Both the position numbers and the translations under genes were made by a program. 64,000 nt of DNA from Octopus vulgaris (lineage: Eukaryota). Where the stretch lies: NCBI GenBank assembly GCA_951406725.2, contig OX597819.1, forward strand, positions 115,692,001 to 115,756,000, read 5' to 3'. The notes beneath the pieces are model-generated. The model saw only the letters and a program-made list of their open reading frames with translations. It had not been told where the DNA came from and ran no database searches. Below are positions 41,071 to 53,520 of this stretch, in pieces; the first letter of the stretch is position 1; the number at the start of each line of letters is the position of its first letter.

Positions 41071-41190
41071 TCTGAGTGTGTGTGTTGATGTGTGTGTATC
41101 TGTGTGCAAGCGTGCATGCGTGTATATATGTGTTTGTGTGTGCGTGTGTGTGTGTGTCTGTGTGCCCCTGTGTGTGTGTGTGTGTATGAG
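40505..41190. repeat. Degenerate (TG)n compound repeat
   Basis: Directly visible. Confidence 0.92.
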
Positions 41191-41700
41191 GTGTCATGAG
41201 TATTAGTGTAGTTAATTTCACTGTTACAAATGGTGTGAGATTAAGAGAACACCGTATGAGCTTCTATTTATGCCTGTTTATTTGTGTGTATGTGTATGTA
41301 TATATATATGTGTGTGCGTGTGTGTGTTTGTTTTGTTTGTGTGTGTGTGTATGTGCAATTGTGTATATATCCGTGTAAGGCAGCCAACTGGTAGACTTAT
41401 TAGAACGTCGAACAGATTGGCTTTATTCCCTCACAGTTCAAATCCTACAAGATCAACTTTGTCTTTCGTCCTATAACCCCAGTGGTATACTGGTACTTAT
41501 TATATAGTTCTTGAAAGGACGAAAGCCAAAGTCGACCTCGGCGGAGTTTGAACTGAGAACATATAGACGGATGAAATCCCGCAAGGCGTTTTCCTTTGTG
41601 TGCTCACGATTCTGACATCCACCGCATCCCATCTTACAAAATGAATATATGCTGTGTAAGGCGGCGAAATATATATATATATATATATTGCTTGTGGAAC

Positions 41701-41780
41701 GATCGCGCTGACGAGTCCTACGGACGAAGGGTTGCGTAAGTAAGTTATTCGTTAATAGGCGAAACCGCCGGTCTACGATT
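41701..41780 (+). ncRNA. Type I hammerhead ribozyme, near-canonical, with long stem II
   Basis: gatcgcg CTGACGA g(t)ccta..gacgaa...ttcgtt..taggc GAAAC cgccg GTC tacgatt: all core nucleotides present, stem I 6/7 pairs, stem III ACC/GGT; lies in a ~255-bp module (41689-41945) between (TA)n tracts. Confidence 0.8.
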
Positions 41781-41955
41781 AATTCTTGTTTTTTTTTATA
41801 TAATTTTCATCTGTCTTGCCCGCATATTGTTCTGGTGTCCGCTGAATTTTTCTCTAGAGAACATTCTTTTCTTTGTAGTTTGATCGTAGGTGATCTACTT
41901 CTAGTATATGGCTGACCACATAGTGGTTTTTTTAGCCCTTTAAATATACATATAC

Positions 41956-42026
<71 letters not shown>

Positions 42027-42043
42027 TGTATATATATGTATAA

Positions 42044-42374
42044 GACCCCCTTCGGTCACGACACAGACCATGGGATGGCACCTAGAAAGTTACCCTCCCA
42101 GGTACAAGTCCGGGCTAGATTATTTATGGAAGACCAGCAGTCGCCCATGCATACCTGCCTCCCCTCTCCACGCCACCAGTGTTATCAAGGGAAAGGCAAT
42201 GGCCGGTACAACTTGGTACCTGTGACGTTGCAACTCATTTCTACAGCTGAGTGAACTGAAGCAACGTGAAATAAAGCGTCTTGCTCAAGAACACAACACG
42301 CAGCCCGGTCCGAGATCCGAGCTCACAATCTCACGATCGTAAGCTCGACGCTCTAACCACTGAGCCATGCACCT

Positions 42375-42378
<4 letters not shown>
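42044..42378 (-). mobile_element. SINE family C within (TA)n
   Basis: Reverse-complement homolog of 15576-15912. Confidence 0.88.
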
Positions 42379-42446
<68 letters not shown>

Positions 42447-42460
42447 ACTATCTCCATATA

Positions 42461-42508
<48 letters not shown>

Positions 42509-42799
42509 CGTGCGTGTGTCTCTATAAACTCAACCATCACTCGCAAGCGGATATGAACTAGTAACATGTACCATGTTAAATTGCCTTTTAGGTGCTTACG
42601 AGGCCGTGAGCTGACATAGATACCTTCTCAGCTCTCTAATTCTTGATCTAGCAGAACATTCAGGTTTTGAAAGATGGACGGAGAGGCTTTTGCTCAAAGA
42701 CACAATGTATTGCCCAGTCTAGAAATTGAACTGCTTTCCTTATAATCATATGATCATGAGCAAACCATCTGACTACTAGGCTATGCAACTTCACACACA

Positions 42800-42850
<51 letters not shown>

Positions 42851-43221
42851 TCACACAGCGCACACGTACATGCACAGGCACACACACATAAGCTTGTATA
42901 AGCGTTTCATAAATATATAAATAAAGAATATAGTTATAAAGGCCCCATGATTGATATTACAATCTCAATTTGTTTACTTTAAAATAATCAAAGATATTTA
43001 TCATTATAGAAAATTTCAACTTGTTTTACACATAAATACTCAATATATTATTTTCAATAACTTTATATTTTATTAATGAGAATATGTTATAATTACAAAA
43101 TTATTTTTGGGTAGTTTTTAAAAAAATGTATCTTTTTTTCTTTTTATTTCGTTTTGATATTATATTCATAACCTACAATACATATGTTGTTGAAAATATT
43201 TAATAAGAATAGGTCTATACT

Positions 43222-43288
<67 letters not shown>

Positions 43289-43325
43289 ATATGTATGTGT
43301 GTATACATATATATGTATATATATA

Positions 43326-43359
<34 letters not shown>

Positions 43360-43611
43360 ATTCATACATACACACACACAGCTATAAATATAAATACAAA
43401 CATACGCACATGTTTTGTTTCCTAAGTTCGACCAAATGGTGATTTGTTGGTGTTGTAATAAAATGAGAAGCATTATAAAATGCATACTTTTATGTTTAAA
43501 TTTAGATCGGTTACTGATGGGAAAAGATCGAAATATTAGTGATTGAAAAAAAATGCATCGATTATTATATTCGTAAAATAGTACATCTTTGTAATATTGC
43601 GTAATGAAAGC

Positions 43612-43880
43612 AGAGAGCGGGGTGAGCTGGCAGAATTGTTTGAAGCTGTTAGTAAATTGTGATATTGCTTTAAGTGTTGGCAGAGATGTTAGCATGCTGT
43701 GCAAAAGGATTTGTGGCATTTCATCTGTTTCGACGTTTTGAGTTCAAATTCCGTCGAAGACAACTTTGTCTTTCATCGTTTTGGGGTCGATAAAGTAGGT
43801 AGCAGTTGAGCAATAGCATTGATTTAATCGACTTATTCCCTCCCCGAAATTGCTGGCCTTATGCCAAACTTTGAAACCAA
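43612..43880 (+). mobile_element. Older SINE A' copy with a duplicated head
   Basis: gagctggcagaa twice, then core and tail ccctccccgaaattgctggccttatgccaaa. Confidence 0.7.
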
Positions 43881-44189
43881 GATTTCCAAGAGTTTTCAAG
43901 ATGATGCTCAGTTACTTGAAGACTAGCTTTGAATAAGTAAAACTATAAAAATGTTACACGAAATAGTACATCTACTACATCTACTATAATTAAAGTAAGC
44001 TTCTTATTAATTAGTTATGAGAATGTAACTTTTACCAAAAAAAAAAAAAAAATCAATCATTAAAGTCTACATTGTCAAGAAAATTCTTAAAAATTCCAAT
44101 TTTGATTTTTTTTCATCAAAATGTGGTTTTGAAAGTTTTTTGCAATTAAGATTTCAACTGAAATTATTCGTTTTGCTAAACGCAACATA

Positions 44190-45050
44190 AATTCGAACAT
44201 GTTCCCAATTTGTGATAATGTGTTAATGTGCGCACAAAGAGTCGTAGTGCCAGCCACACTACAGAAGCGATTGCAAAAGGAATTTTTCATTTGTCACCTA
44301 GGGATTTCGGGAATGAAATCATTATTGAGAAGTTATGGATATTGGTCCAGAATGGACTGTGACTTTGAAGAACTTGTGAAAGCATGTAGAGTTTGTGCGC
44401 TAGCGGCAAAATCACCTACCACAAAATGGCGACCGTGGCCAAAAAACATGTTTTATGGTCCAGACTGCATGTTGATTATGCAGGGCCTCTTAACAGTTTC
44501 TACCTTGTTGTTGCGGACAGGTTTTCTAAGTGGCCTGAAGTGCATAAGTGTAAAAAGTCGACATCCCCTGTCACAGTTAGTTTTTTACACGAATTGTTCG
44601 CCAGATCTAGTATTCATGATAACATTGTGTCTGATAATGGAGCTCAGCTTACTTCAAACGAGTCAAAAAAGTTTTGTAAAATGTTCGCTATCGAACATTT
44701 AATCACTCCGCCGTGTCATCCTAGGTCAAATGGACAAGTGGAACGTTTTGTCGATACTTTTAAGAGGGCCTAAAAAAAGGCGAACAATGAAGTAATAGAT
44801 GAACTAGCAGATTGTACATTGTAATACCTAATCCTAATACCCCATCTGGAATGTCACTTCGCTAGAAAAATTAGATCCTTCTTTGACAAGTTGTTATCGA
44901 GTAAAAAAAAAAAAAGGAAAATGGTGAACAATAAATATAATTGAAAATATTTCAATTTATTTTTTAAAACGTTTAGATATGGTAAAGAAATGTGGGAGGA
45001 CGGTGTTATTATTAAAGAAATTGGAAAAAATATTATTCTTGGTAAAAGGA
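44190..45050 (+). pseudogene. Ty3/Gypsy LTR-retrotransposon integrase remnant
   Basis: Zn-binding HLGISGMK...YW...CRVC, WSRLHVDYAGP, VSDNGAQ and PPCHPRSNGQVERFVDTFK; frameshifted. Confidence 0.9.
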
Positions 45051-45665
45051 AAAAAGTTGATTTGTCGAGGTAATATAGCATAAGAACACGAGCGCTTCCT
45101 TCTAAAGTACTCATATTACAATATTTCAGTTTCTAACACCATTTATCTGTCCGAGTCTCGTGTTTTCTTTGTATTGTAAGTTGTCTTTCATCGCCCTACC
45201 CGTTGCGGAAAATACAGTTTTTTTAGCGTACCGGAAAAAAATGGAGACGAATGGCCTAGTGGTTGGGGCATTGCATTCACAATCACAAGATCGTAGTTTT
45301 GACTACTGGACTGGGTGATGCATTTGTGTTCTTTAGCCAAACATTTCATTTCATGTTCCAGTCCACACAGCTTAAATGAGTAATCCTGAAACGGATTGAC
45401 TTTTCGTTCAGAGGGAATGCTGTGGAGTCGGTCACTCGTACGCCATGGAAACTTAGTAACATACTCTGATTCCTAGGCCACGAGACAGTAATGTCCAAGA
45501 ATGTTGTTGTTGTTGATGGTGATGAAGAAGTAATACATTCAAAAGAGGTACACGCTACTAGACATATTGTGTAGAATATTCTACCAGAACATGCTCCAAC
45601 GATAATAATTAGCAGAATCACTCTTACCACATTGTCGAAGATAAGCCAGAAATGCAAGTACAAAA

Positions 45666-46080
45666 GGCGGCGAGCTGGCAGAAAAGTTAGCACACCGGGC
45701 GAAATGCTTAGCGGTACTTCGTCTACCGTTACGTTTTGAGTTCAAATTCCGCCGAGGTCGACTTTGCCTTTCATCCTTTCAGGGTCGATTAAATAAGTAC
45801 CAGTTACGCACTGGGGTCGATGTAATAGACTTAATACCTTTGTCCATACTTGTTTGTCCCCTCTGTGTTTAGCCCCTTGTAGGTAGTAAAGAAATAGGTA
45901 CTTTGTCTGCCGTTACGTTCTGAGTTCAAATTCCGCCGAGGTCGACTTTGCCTTTCATCCTTTCGGGGTCGATAAATAAAGTACCAGTTACGCACTGGGG
46001 TCGATATAATCGACTTAGTCCGTTTGTCTGTCCTTGTTTGTCTCCTCTATGTTTAGCCTCTTGTGGGCAATAAAGAAATA
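45666..46080 (+). mobile_element. Dimeric SINE A (full unit plus headless unit) within one 15-bp TSD
   Basis: TSD agaaatgc(a/g)agtaca at 45648-45662 and 46081-46095; internal junction at 45896/45897. Confidence 0.9.
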
Positions 46081-46719
46081 AGAAATGCGAGTACATAGAA
46101 CACCACCGAAGAATTTGTAACTAAACTGAATTCATTTTTCAGAACTTGCTCTACAAGAGCTTCTCTTGCTCTATTTTATCTTATGCTCCATCGATACATT
46201 GGATTCTTAATCCACCACCACTGCTTGGGCCACACACTCTCATCTTAAATCGCACGAATACATTGGTCGCGATATCTAAGAAGCTGCTATCATTTTCGTC
46301 CGATATCCCTTTGTTCTTTAACCATCCCGTGGGTTCTACACCGAAGCTAGGATCTCTTTCATTTTCTCTTCCGTGGTTTCTTCTGTCTCAAAAGTTTTCC
46401 TGCAAGTCCTTCTTGTCAATACTATTTCAATTACACCATGCATACACACAAATATTCACAGGCTCAGACAAACAGAAATGTCTATTCATATGTGTCCGAA
46501 TAGGTGTCAGTGTATTCGTCATTAGACGTATGTAAGTATCTGTGTATGTATGTACGTGTAAGTGAGTGTGCTTAGGTACATTTACGCAGCATTTTATAAG
46601 TTACTAATTAGTATCTCAGTCAAACCATTGACGTCACTATTGAATTATGAAATACGTAAATCATGTTTAGAGTTTTATTGGCAAATCTAAGCAACGTGTT
46701 TATACATACATATACATAC

Positions 46720-46796
<77 letters not shown>

Positions 46797-46797
46797 G

Positions 46798-46877
<80 letters not shown>

Positions 46878-47195
46878 GATATATATATACATATATATAT
46901 ACAAGTAATAAATACATATATGTATATATATATATACATTATATACACTCTCTATATATAAATATATACGTATGCATACATATATATATACATAGATATA
47001 CATACACATACATGTAATAAATACATATATATATATATATATATGTATATGTACATTATATATATTCTATATATATACAAACATATATGCATACATATAT
47101 ACATAGACATACATATACATAAGATCATAAACACACATAAAGTGAGCAGCAATATAGTTCTTACTATACTTCGACGCTTCTGGCAAATTGACTTA

Positions 47196-47248
<53 letters not shown>

Positions 47249-47310
47249 CGCATGTGTATGTATATACATATATATGTACGTGTATATGTATATTAATAAT
47301 ATATGTATAT

Positions 47311-47363
<53 letters not shown>

Positions 47364-47471
47364 GTATATATGTATGTACATGAATACACATATACTCGTC
47401 GCTTAGATTTTCGAAGCTGTAAAATAGATTTGTGCGTTACATAAGTTCAGTTGTGATGTGAAAGACAACGC

Positions 47472-47562
<91 letters not shown>

Positions 47563-48123
47563 CCTATCTCTCTCTCTCATTCTCTATCTCTATCTGACTC
47601 TTTGTCTGTCTTTATTTCCTTCTTTCAAGCTCTCTCTCTCTCTCTACACACACACACATATATATCAAAGTGTTTTAAATATATAATACCAGAACATTAG
47701 TCAATAAAAATATAAACTCTTACATATATTAGAGAATACATCCATACACACGCGCACCCACATACACACTCAAGCAAATATGAAATTATAAGTAGACATA
47801 TCGAAATAGACATATATATACATAAATAAATTATGTTCTAAAGACAGCAATTAATGTTGCTTTGCTGACTATAAGCTTGTTAACTACTTATAAATGCTGT
47901 CGTCTCATCTTGATGACGTGACACAGGCTGTAAGAGCGATATAGTCATCGATGTCCTCAAACGAAAATCGTAGAAATCCTCACGTGTGTCCATCGACGGG
48001 GGCATTGACATGTTGGTCTTGCTCAACGGAATACGATCACTATTATGTTAAAAAACTGATACTGGCCTTCCTTGTAGATAACGAAATATGCATTTGGGAA
48101 GAGCATTTCTTGTCAATAGTGGT

Positions 48124-48431
48124 TTTGTTATTTGTTCCTTCTCGATCCACGCCCGGCTCATAAGGGCCGGTTTCCTGGTTCCCTTGGCGTATAGGTTCCC
48201 TACCTGGACGGGACGCCGGTCCGTCGCAGGTGAGCTGCAAGATTCAGAAGGAAAGAGTGAGAGAAAGTTGTGGCGAAAGAGTCTGCAGAGTTTCGCCATT
48301 ACCTTCTGCCGAAGCCGCGTGGAGCTTATGTATTTCGCTCATAAACACACACGTCACCCGGTCTGCGATTCGAACCCGCGATCCCTCGACCGCGAGTCTG
48401 ATGCTCTAACCACTAGGCCATGTGCCTCCAC
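48124..48431 (-). mobile_element. SINE family D with 11-bp TSD
   Basis: TSD tcaatagtggt at 48113-48123 and 48432-48442; B box ggttcgaatc on the minus strand. Confidence 0.9.
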
Positions 48432-49208
48432 TCAATAGTGGTGCATGTATTATTAATGTATAGAATTGGTTCTAGCAAAACGAGTATTAAAACTGATTCA
48501 ATATCTTGAATCATGCTAGCTTGGACACGCATAGCTATTATAACTAGCGGCTATCTGAAGGTGTTTCGGAATGTCATAGTTGTCCGAATACTGTTTCATA
48601 AAGCAGACAAAATGAACCGTGATCAAAATAGCCATCTGTGTCATACTTAACAGAAATACACCGTTAACAAGAATACTGTTGTTCATTTAAGTTTAGGCAC
48701 TCTACAAGCGCGTATGCGTTATTGACAAGTCTCAAGAAGGCCAAATTGTATCTGTTGTTCTCTCGAAACTGGCGGAACGACTTCTTTCTCTCTCCCAAAA
48801 TATTTTTTTTTTTAACATACCATATCTGTGAAGATACATATTTTCTCTCGGACGAAACATGTTCGTAACTACTCACAAAATATAAGAATAAGCTGTTTTG
48901 ATTTCTAATCTTTAATTTATATTTCCTAATTCTTGACGTTCAAATTTTCATTTTGATACGTTGGATATACCAATCGAAAGCAGTAATATTTTATCCGATT
49001 AAAAAAAGTAACAAGAAAATTTAGATATATTCCTGTGCTCTCTCTCTCTCTTTCTACACACACAGTCACACACACACACACGCACACACACACACATATA
49101 TATGTATATATATATATGTATATATATACATATATATACATACAGCTACATGTATATATATATATATATGTATATATTCACATACATAAACACACACACA
49201 CACACACA

Positions 49209-49258
<50 letters not shown>

Positions 49259-49582
49259 CAAATTTAAAAATAGGATATAGTCTTTATATGCAATATACGC
49301 CAATATGCAGCGTATAACCAATCGTTGCTCCTAAAGAAGATCACGTGAGACAGCCTGTTCTCAATCCCGTTTGAGCCTTCCGTCCCTTATATAAACTCGC
49401 AACGTAGCCATAAACAGTTGTGTTTTATCGGCGTACTGCTAGGATCATGCCTAATACTTAAATACACACAGACACACGCACACACACACACATACATATA
49501 CATGCATACATACATACATACATACATACATACATACATACATACATACATACATACAAACATACTTACATATATATATATA

Positions 49583-51269
49583 TTTTTTTTTTTTTTCGAG
49601 CTTCAGCTCAGAGCTGCGGCCATGCTGATGCACCGCCGTTTTGTGCTACACTGTTATTACGACGAACCTCGTCTAATATGTGGCACTTGGTGAAGAATGG
49701 AGTTTGATATAGCTACTCTCATTTGCACCTCTTGCCGTGAGGTAGGTTCATCTGGGACTCTTGACAGGAAGATGTCCAGCTTTGATTTAAAAACCGCTAC
49801 ATCTACTTTGTGCGAGTTCCTCAGACTCTTTGGGAGAATATTAAAAAGCTGTGGGCCCTTGAAACCCAGGCTGTTGCAGAAGCTGGTCCTGAAGCGTGAT
49901 GGCATTGCTGGGATCTTTTGCACTATGCAGTGTCGTCCCGTTCTAGCATTGGTGTAGCTTACAATGCCAAAATTTGGCACAATTCCTTCCAGTATCTTCC
50001 AGACATATATTACTGCATACCTCTCCCGTCTTCTCCCCAGGAAGTAGAGTCTTAGCTGTTTCAACCTTTCCCAGTAGCTGAGCTGTTGCAAAGAGACGAT
50101 CTTCTTTGTGAATCTTCTCTGGATTGCTTCAAGGTCCGCTGTTAATTTTACACTGGTGGGTGACCATAGCTGTGAGCAGTAATCCAGACGACTGAGGACG
50201 AATGTCCGCCAGAGGACCATCATGGTTTCCTTATCTCTGGTTCTGAATGTTCTTAGGATCCACCCAGCCAGTCGTCTGCACTTTATCGCCATCCTGGTAA
50301 TGTGCACTTGGAAAGAGGTATCATCACTCATGTCGATACCCAGGTCCCTCACAGACTTAGGCTCTGGGATTGAAATTCCCTGTGGACCGGTGTATCCTGT
50401 AAGTTTAATATTCAGTTTTGGATGCTGGTAGCGCAGGGCCTGGAATTTTTCAGCATTAAACTGCATATTATTATCCCCAGCCCATCTGTAGATTGAGTCC
50501 AACTCCTGCTGCAGGTGTGCAACATCGCTGGGGTTCTGTATTTTCTGCGAGACTTTCGTATCGTCTGCATAGCTGGCCAGAGTGGCTATCCGGGCATTTG
50601 AGGGCATATCTGAGAGGGCCACTATAAAAAGCAGTGGTCCCAAGACAGTGCCCTGTGGAACACCGCTCACTATTTGTGTGTTCATAGAGGTGGCTCCATT
50701 AACCACTACTGCCTGACTCCTATCTTTCAGGAAGTCATGCAACCACACTCCAAGTTTTCCAGCTATGCCGAGGTCACGTAGTTTGTGGCATATCATACCA
50801 TGATCCACCTTGTCAAAAGCTTTTGCAAAATCAAGGTAGATTACGTCCACATTTGATTTGTTGAGTAACTGGCTCAACACCCAGTTATAATGCTGTAAGA
50901 GCTGGGTCAGGCAGCTCCTACCTGGTCGAAAACCATGCTGGGTATCACTCAGCAAGTTATTTTCCTCAAGGAATGCGATTAGTTTCTCTTTGGCTATCCG
51001 TTCCATGACTTTGCTGATGTGTGAAGTCAGAGAGATAGGCCTATAGTTTTTGGCATCTGCTCTACTTCCCCCTTTATGTATTGGGCATATTATTCCCTCC
51101 TTCAGCTTGCTTGGCAGTTTGCCATTCGCAAGAAAGCTCTGGAAAAGAATCTTGAGGGGTTACACGCTTTGAGGAGGACCAGCAGCTGAGTTTGTGTCCA
51201 CTTCATCTATGGCTAGTAGGACATCTTTTTCGCTAATGTCAATACATTCTATTGTAACCGCCTCGCTGG

Positions 51270-51271
<2 letters not shown>
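49583..51271 (-). mobile_element. 5'-truncated CR1/L2-group LINE with poly(A) tail, flanked by (TA)n
   Basis: RT ORF, short 3' UTR and poly(A) (T-run ending at 49596); ORF2 homology continues to ~51270 (NYRPISLTSH). Confidence 0.92.
49657..51006 (-). CDS. LINE ORF2 reverse transcriptase and C-terminal region (open 449-codon frame of a truncated copy)
   Basis: QHGFRPGRSC, YLDFAKAFDKVDH, SGVPQGTVLGPLLF, YADD, RDLG and RLDYCSQLWSP. Confidence 0.9.
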   Translation of the reverse strand: MERIAKEKLIAFLEENNLLSDTQHGFRPGRSCLTQLLQHYNWVLSQLLNKSNVDVIYLDFAKAFDKVDHGMICHKLRDLGIAGKLGVWLHDFLKDRSQAVVVNGATSMNTQIVSGVPQGTVLGPLLFIVALSDMPSNARIATLASYADDTKVSQKIQNPSDVAHLQQELDSIYRWAGDNNMQFNAEKFQALRYQHPKLNIKLTGYTGPQGISIPEPKSVRDLGIDMSDDTSFQVHITRMAIKCRRLAGWILRTFRTRDKETMMVLWRTFVLSRLDYCSQLWSPTSVKLTADLEAIQRRFTKKIVSLQQLSYWERLKQLRLYFLGRRRERYAVIYVWKILEGIVPNFGIVSYTNARTGRHCIVQKIPAMPSRFRTSFCNSLGFKGPQLFNILPKSLRNSHKVDVAVFKSKLDIFLSRVPDEPTSRQEVQMRVAISNSILHQVPHIRRGSS

Positions 51272-51323
<52 letters not shown>

Positions 51324-51526
51324 AAAATAAGACGAGGTAGAAAATGGTATAATAATATTATCATGAAATACATTTTGTAACGGTTAGTACCGGTTTCAGT
51401 CATTTCGATTTTTTTAACTAAGAGTAAAACAAAGGTGGAAAATGTCGAAAATACTGAAACTGGTGCTAACCGTTACAAAATGTATTCATGATAATACTAT
51501 TTTAGCATTTTCTACCTTGTCTTATT
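51324..51526. repeat. Foldback (~85-bp arms) next to (TA)n; each arm carries a decayed hammerhead
   Basis: Left arm, minus strand: ttag ttaaaaa aatc gaaat gact GAAAC cg GTA ctaa; right arm, plus strand: ...act GAAAC tg GTG ctaa. Confidence 0.8.
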
Positions 51527-51595
51527 GTTTTTATACACACCAACTCGTGTGTTACTTTTCCACCTTCTCTCTCTCTCTCCCCCTTCTCTCTCTCT

Positions 51596-51672
<77 letters not shown>

Positions 51673-51679
<7 letters not shown>

Positions 51680-51736
51680 ATGTTTAATATATACCATGTT
51701 TAATATATACCATGTTTAATATATACCATGTTTAAT
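51673..51736. repeat. 16-bp tandem repeat, 4 copies
   Basis: atataccatgtttaat repeated. Confidence 0.92.
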
Positions 51737-53293
51737 GCTGCTTCAATTGTGTACGCCTAGTTGCCGAGCTTTTATTCAAACTGTGGTCAAACTATGTTGT
51801 CTGAAGAAACTACAGCAAAATCATTTGTAGAGACCAAAGTGATACATTGCTGGGCATGACAAGAGTAGTCACTTTTGTGAAAGAACATTATTTGCAAAAT
51901 ATGCGACAGGTCTGTATCCAGATTTTCAAATAGTAATTTCTACTCTCACATGAAGAAAGTATATCAAGCGTTTAACCTGATTTGACTGGTAGTAGTGGTA
52001 TAAATTTCATAATCAAAAGCCAAAAAAACAAAACTATTTGATACCACGAAAAATAATTTATTAAACGTCTAATTAACTTAATCTGGAATCTGCAGCATTT
52101 GTAGACTCTGATGGAAAAAAAAGAATAACTCTATAAATATTTTAAAATATAAATGCAAAACAAATTACACACGGGAATACAAATTCAGAAATCTGTCATT
52201 CTAATTAGGCTATAATTTTAACTGTCAATCTTAGTATAACGCCTTATAAAAATTATTTTGCATTATTTACTGTTATATCATCTCTTTAACTACAATTATA
52301 TACATATAGAGAGTATTCGTATGTCCATATTTATGTTGTATAAACATCAGGAAATTTTGATTTATTATCGAATTTTTATTCGCAATATAACTTATTCAAA
52401 TTACAATTTCTGTTAGACTAATTGATATAGCTGTTTTCTTAAAAAGATAGGTATCTAACTCCTTTATAAATGTAGAGGTTAATTTGTCAATATTCATCTA
52501 TAAGTAATAGATATAACTTAAGAATTCATGATATGCAAAAGGTTTAACAATAATAAATTGATTGAGTAATGTTTAGGGTGAGTGTAATTCATCCCGTCTG
52601 AATTTTTGAACAGATTTTTACTGATGAGACATTTTATTCTAAGATTGAACTCTTATTACAATTATGATATAATGAGAGTACTACCTAGATGTTAAGAACT
52701 TGTACATCTCAATTAAATATTGTATGTTATGCAATTATATTGACTACGTATTTCTAAAGAATATTTTAAAATATTTTCATTTCTTCATATTCTCCAGGTT
52801 CCAAATTTAATTAATAAGACATTTAATAAATATAATTTTTGTTTTTACTTGTTCAATATATGTTTCTTTGCTGACGGCAAGTTGGTAAAATTTTAAAATT
52901 AAATTGTTTGCCCATTTAAAACGCAATCTTTAATATGAGATATATTCAGTTTAAATACAAAGAGACTTTAAAAGAATTTTATGTTATTAACTTTACCGCT
53001 ATTTTCATTCTTAGAAAAATAAATGTTATATTGGGCGCTTTTTAATTCGTTAACTTATTGAAATTTAGGTAGACTTTTTAAGCGAAGACTTCATAAATTA
53101 TCTTTTAAAAATATTGTTTGCTTAAAAACATTTAAAAGTGTTTTATTTCATGTTTAGCTAACTCAGTAAATATTTACATTTGCTTAGAAGAGTTCTTTAT
53201 AAACAAGGTTTATCGTTTTGATGTGTCGTTGTGGCTGATTTGAAGGAGACTCGTCTAATATTTTTAGCAGATCAAGTAACCACATAATGGCTC

Positions 53294-53520
53294 GCGAGCT
53301 GGCAGAAACGTTAGCACGCCGGGCGAAATGCGTAGCCGTATTTCGTCTGCTGTTATGTTCTGAGTTCAAATTCCGCCGAGGTCGACTTTGCCTTTCATCC
53401 TTTCGGGGTCGATTAAATAAGTACCAGTTACGCACTGGAGTCGATGTAATAGACTTAATCCCTTTGTCTGTCCTTGTTTGTCCCCTCCATGTTTAGCCCC
53501 TTGTGGGCAGTAAAGAAATA
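53294..53520 (+). mobile_element. SINE family A
   Basis: Near-consensus copy. Confidence 0.92.
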
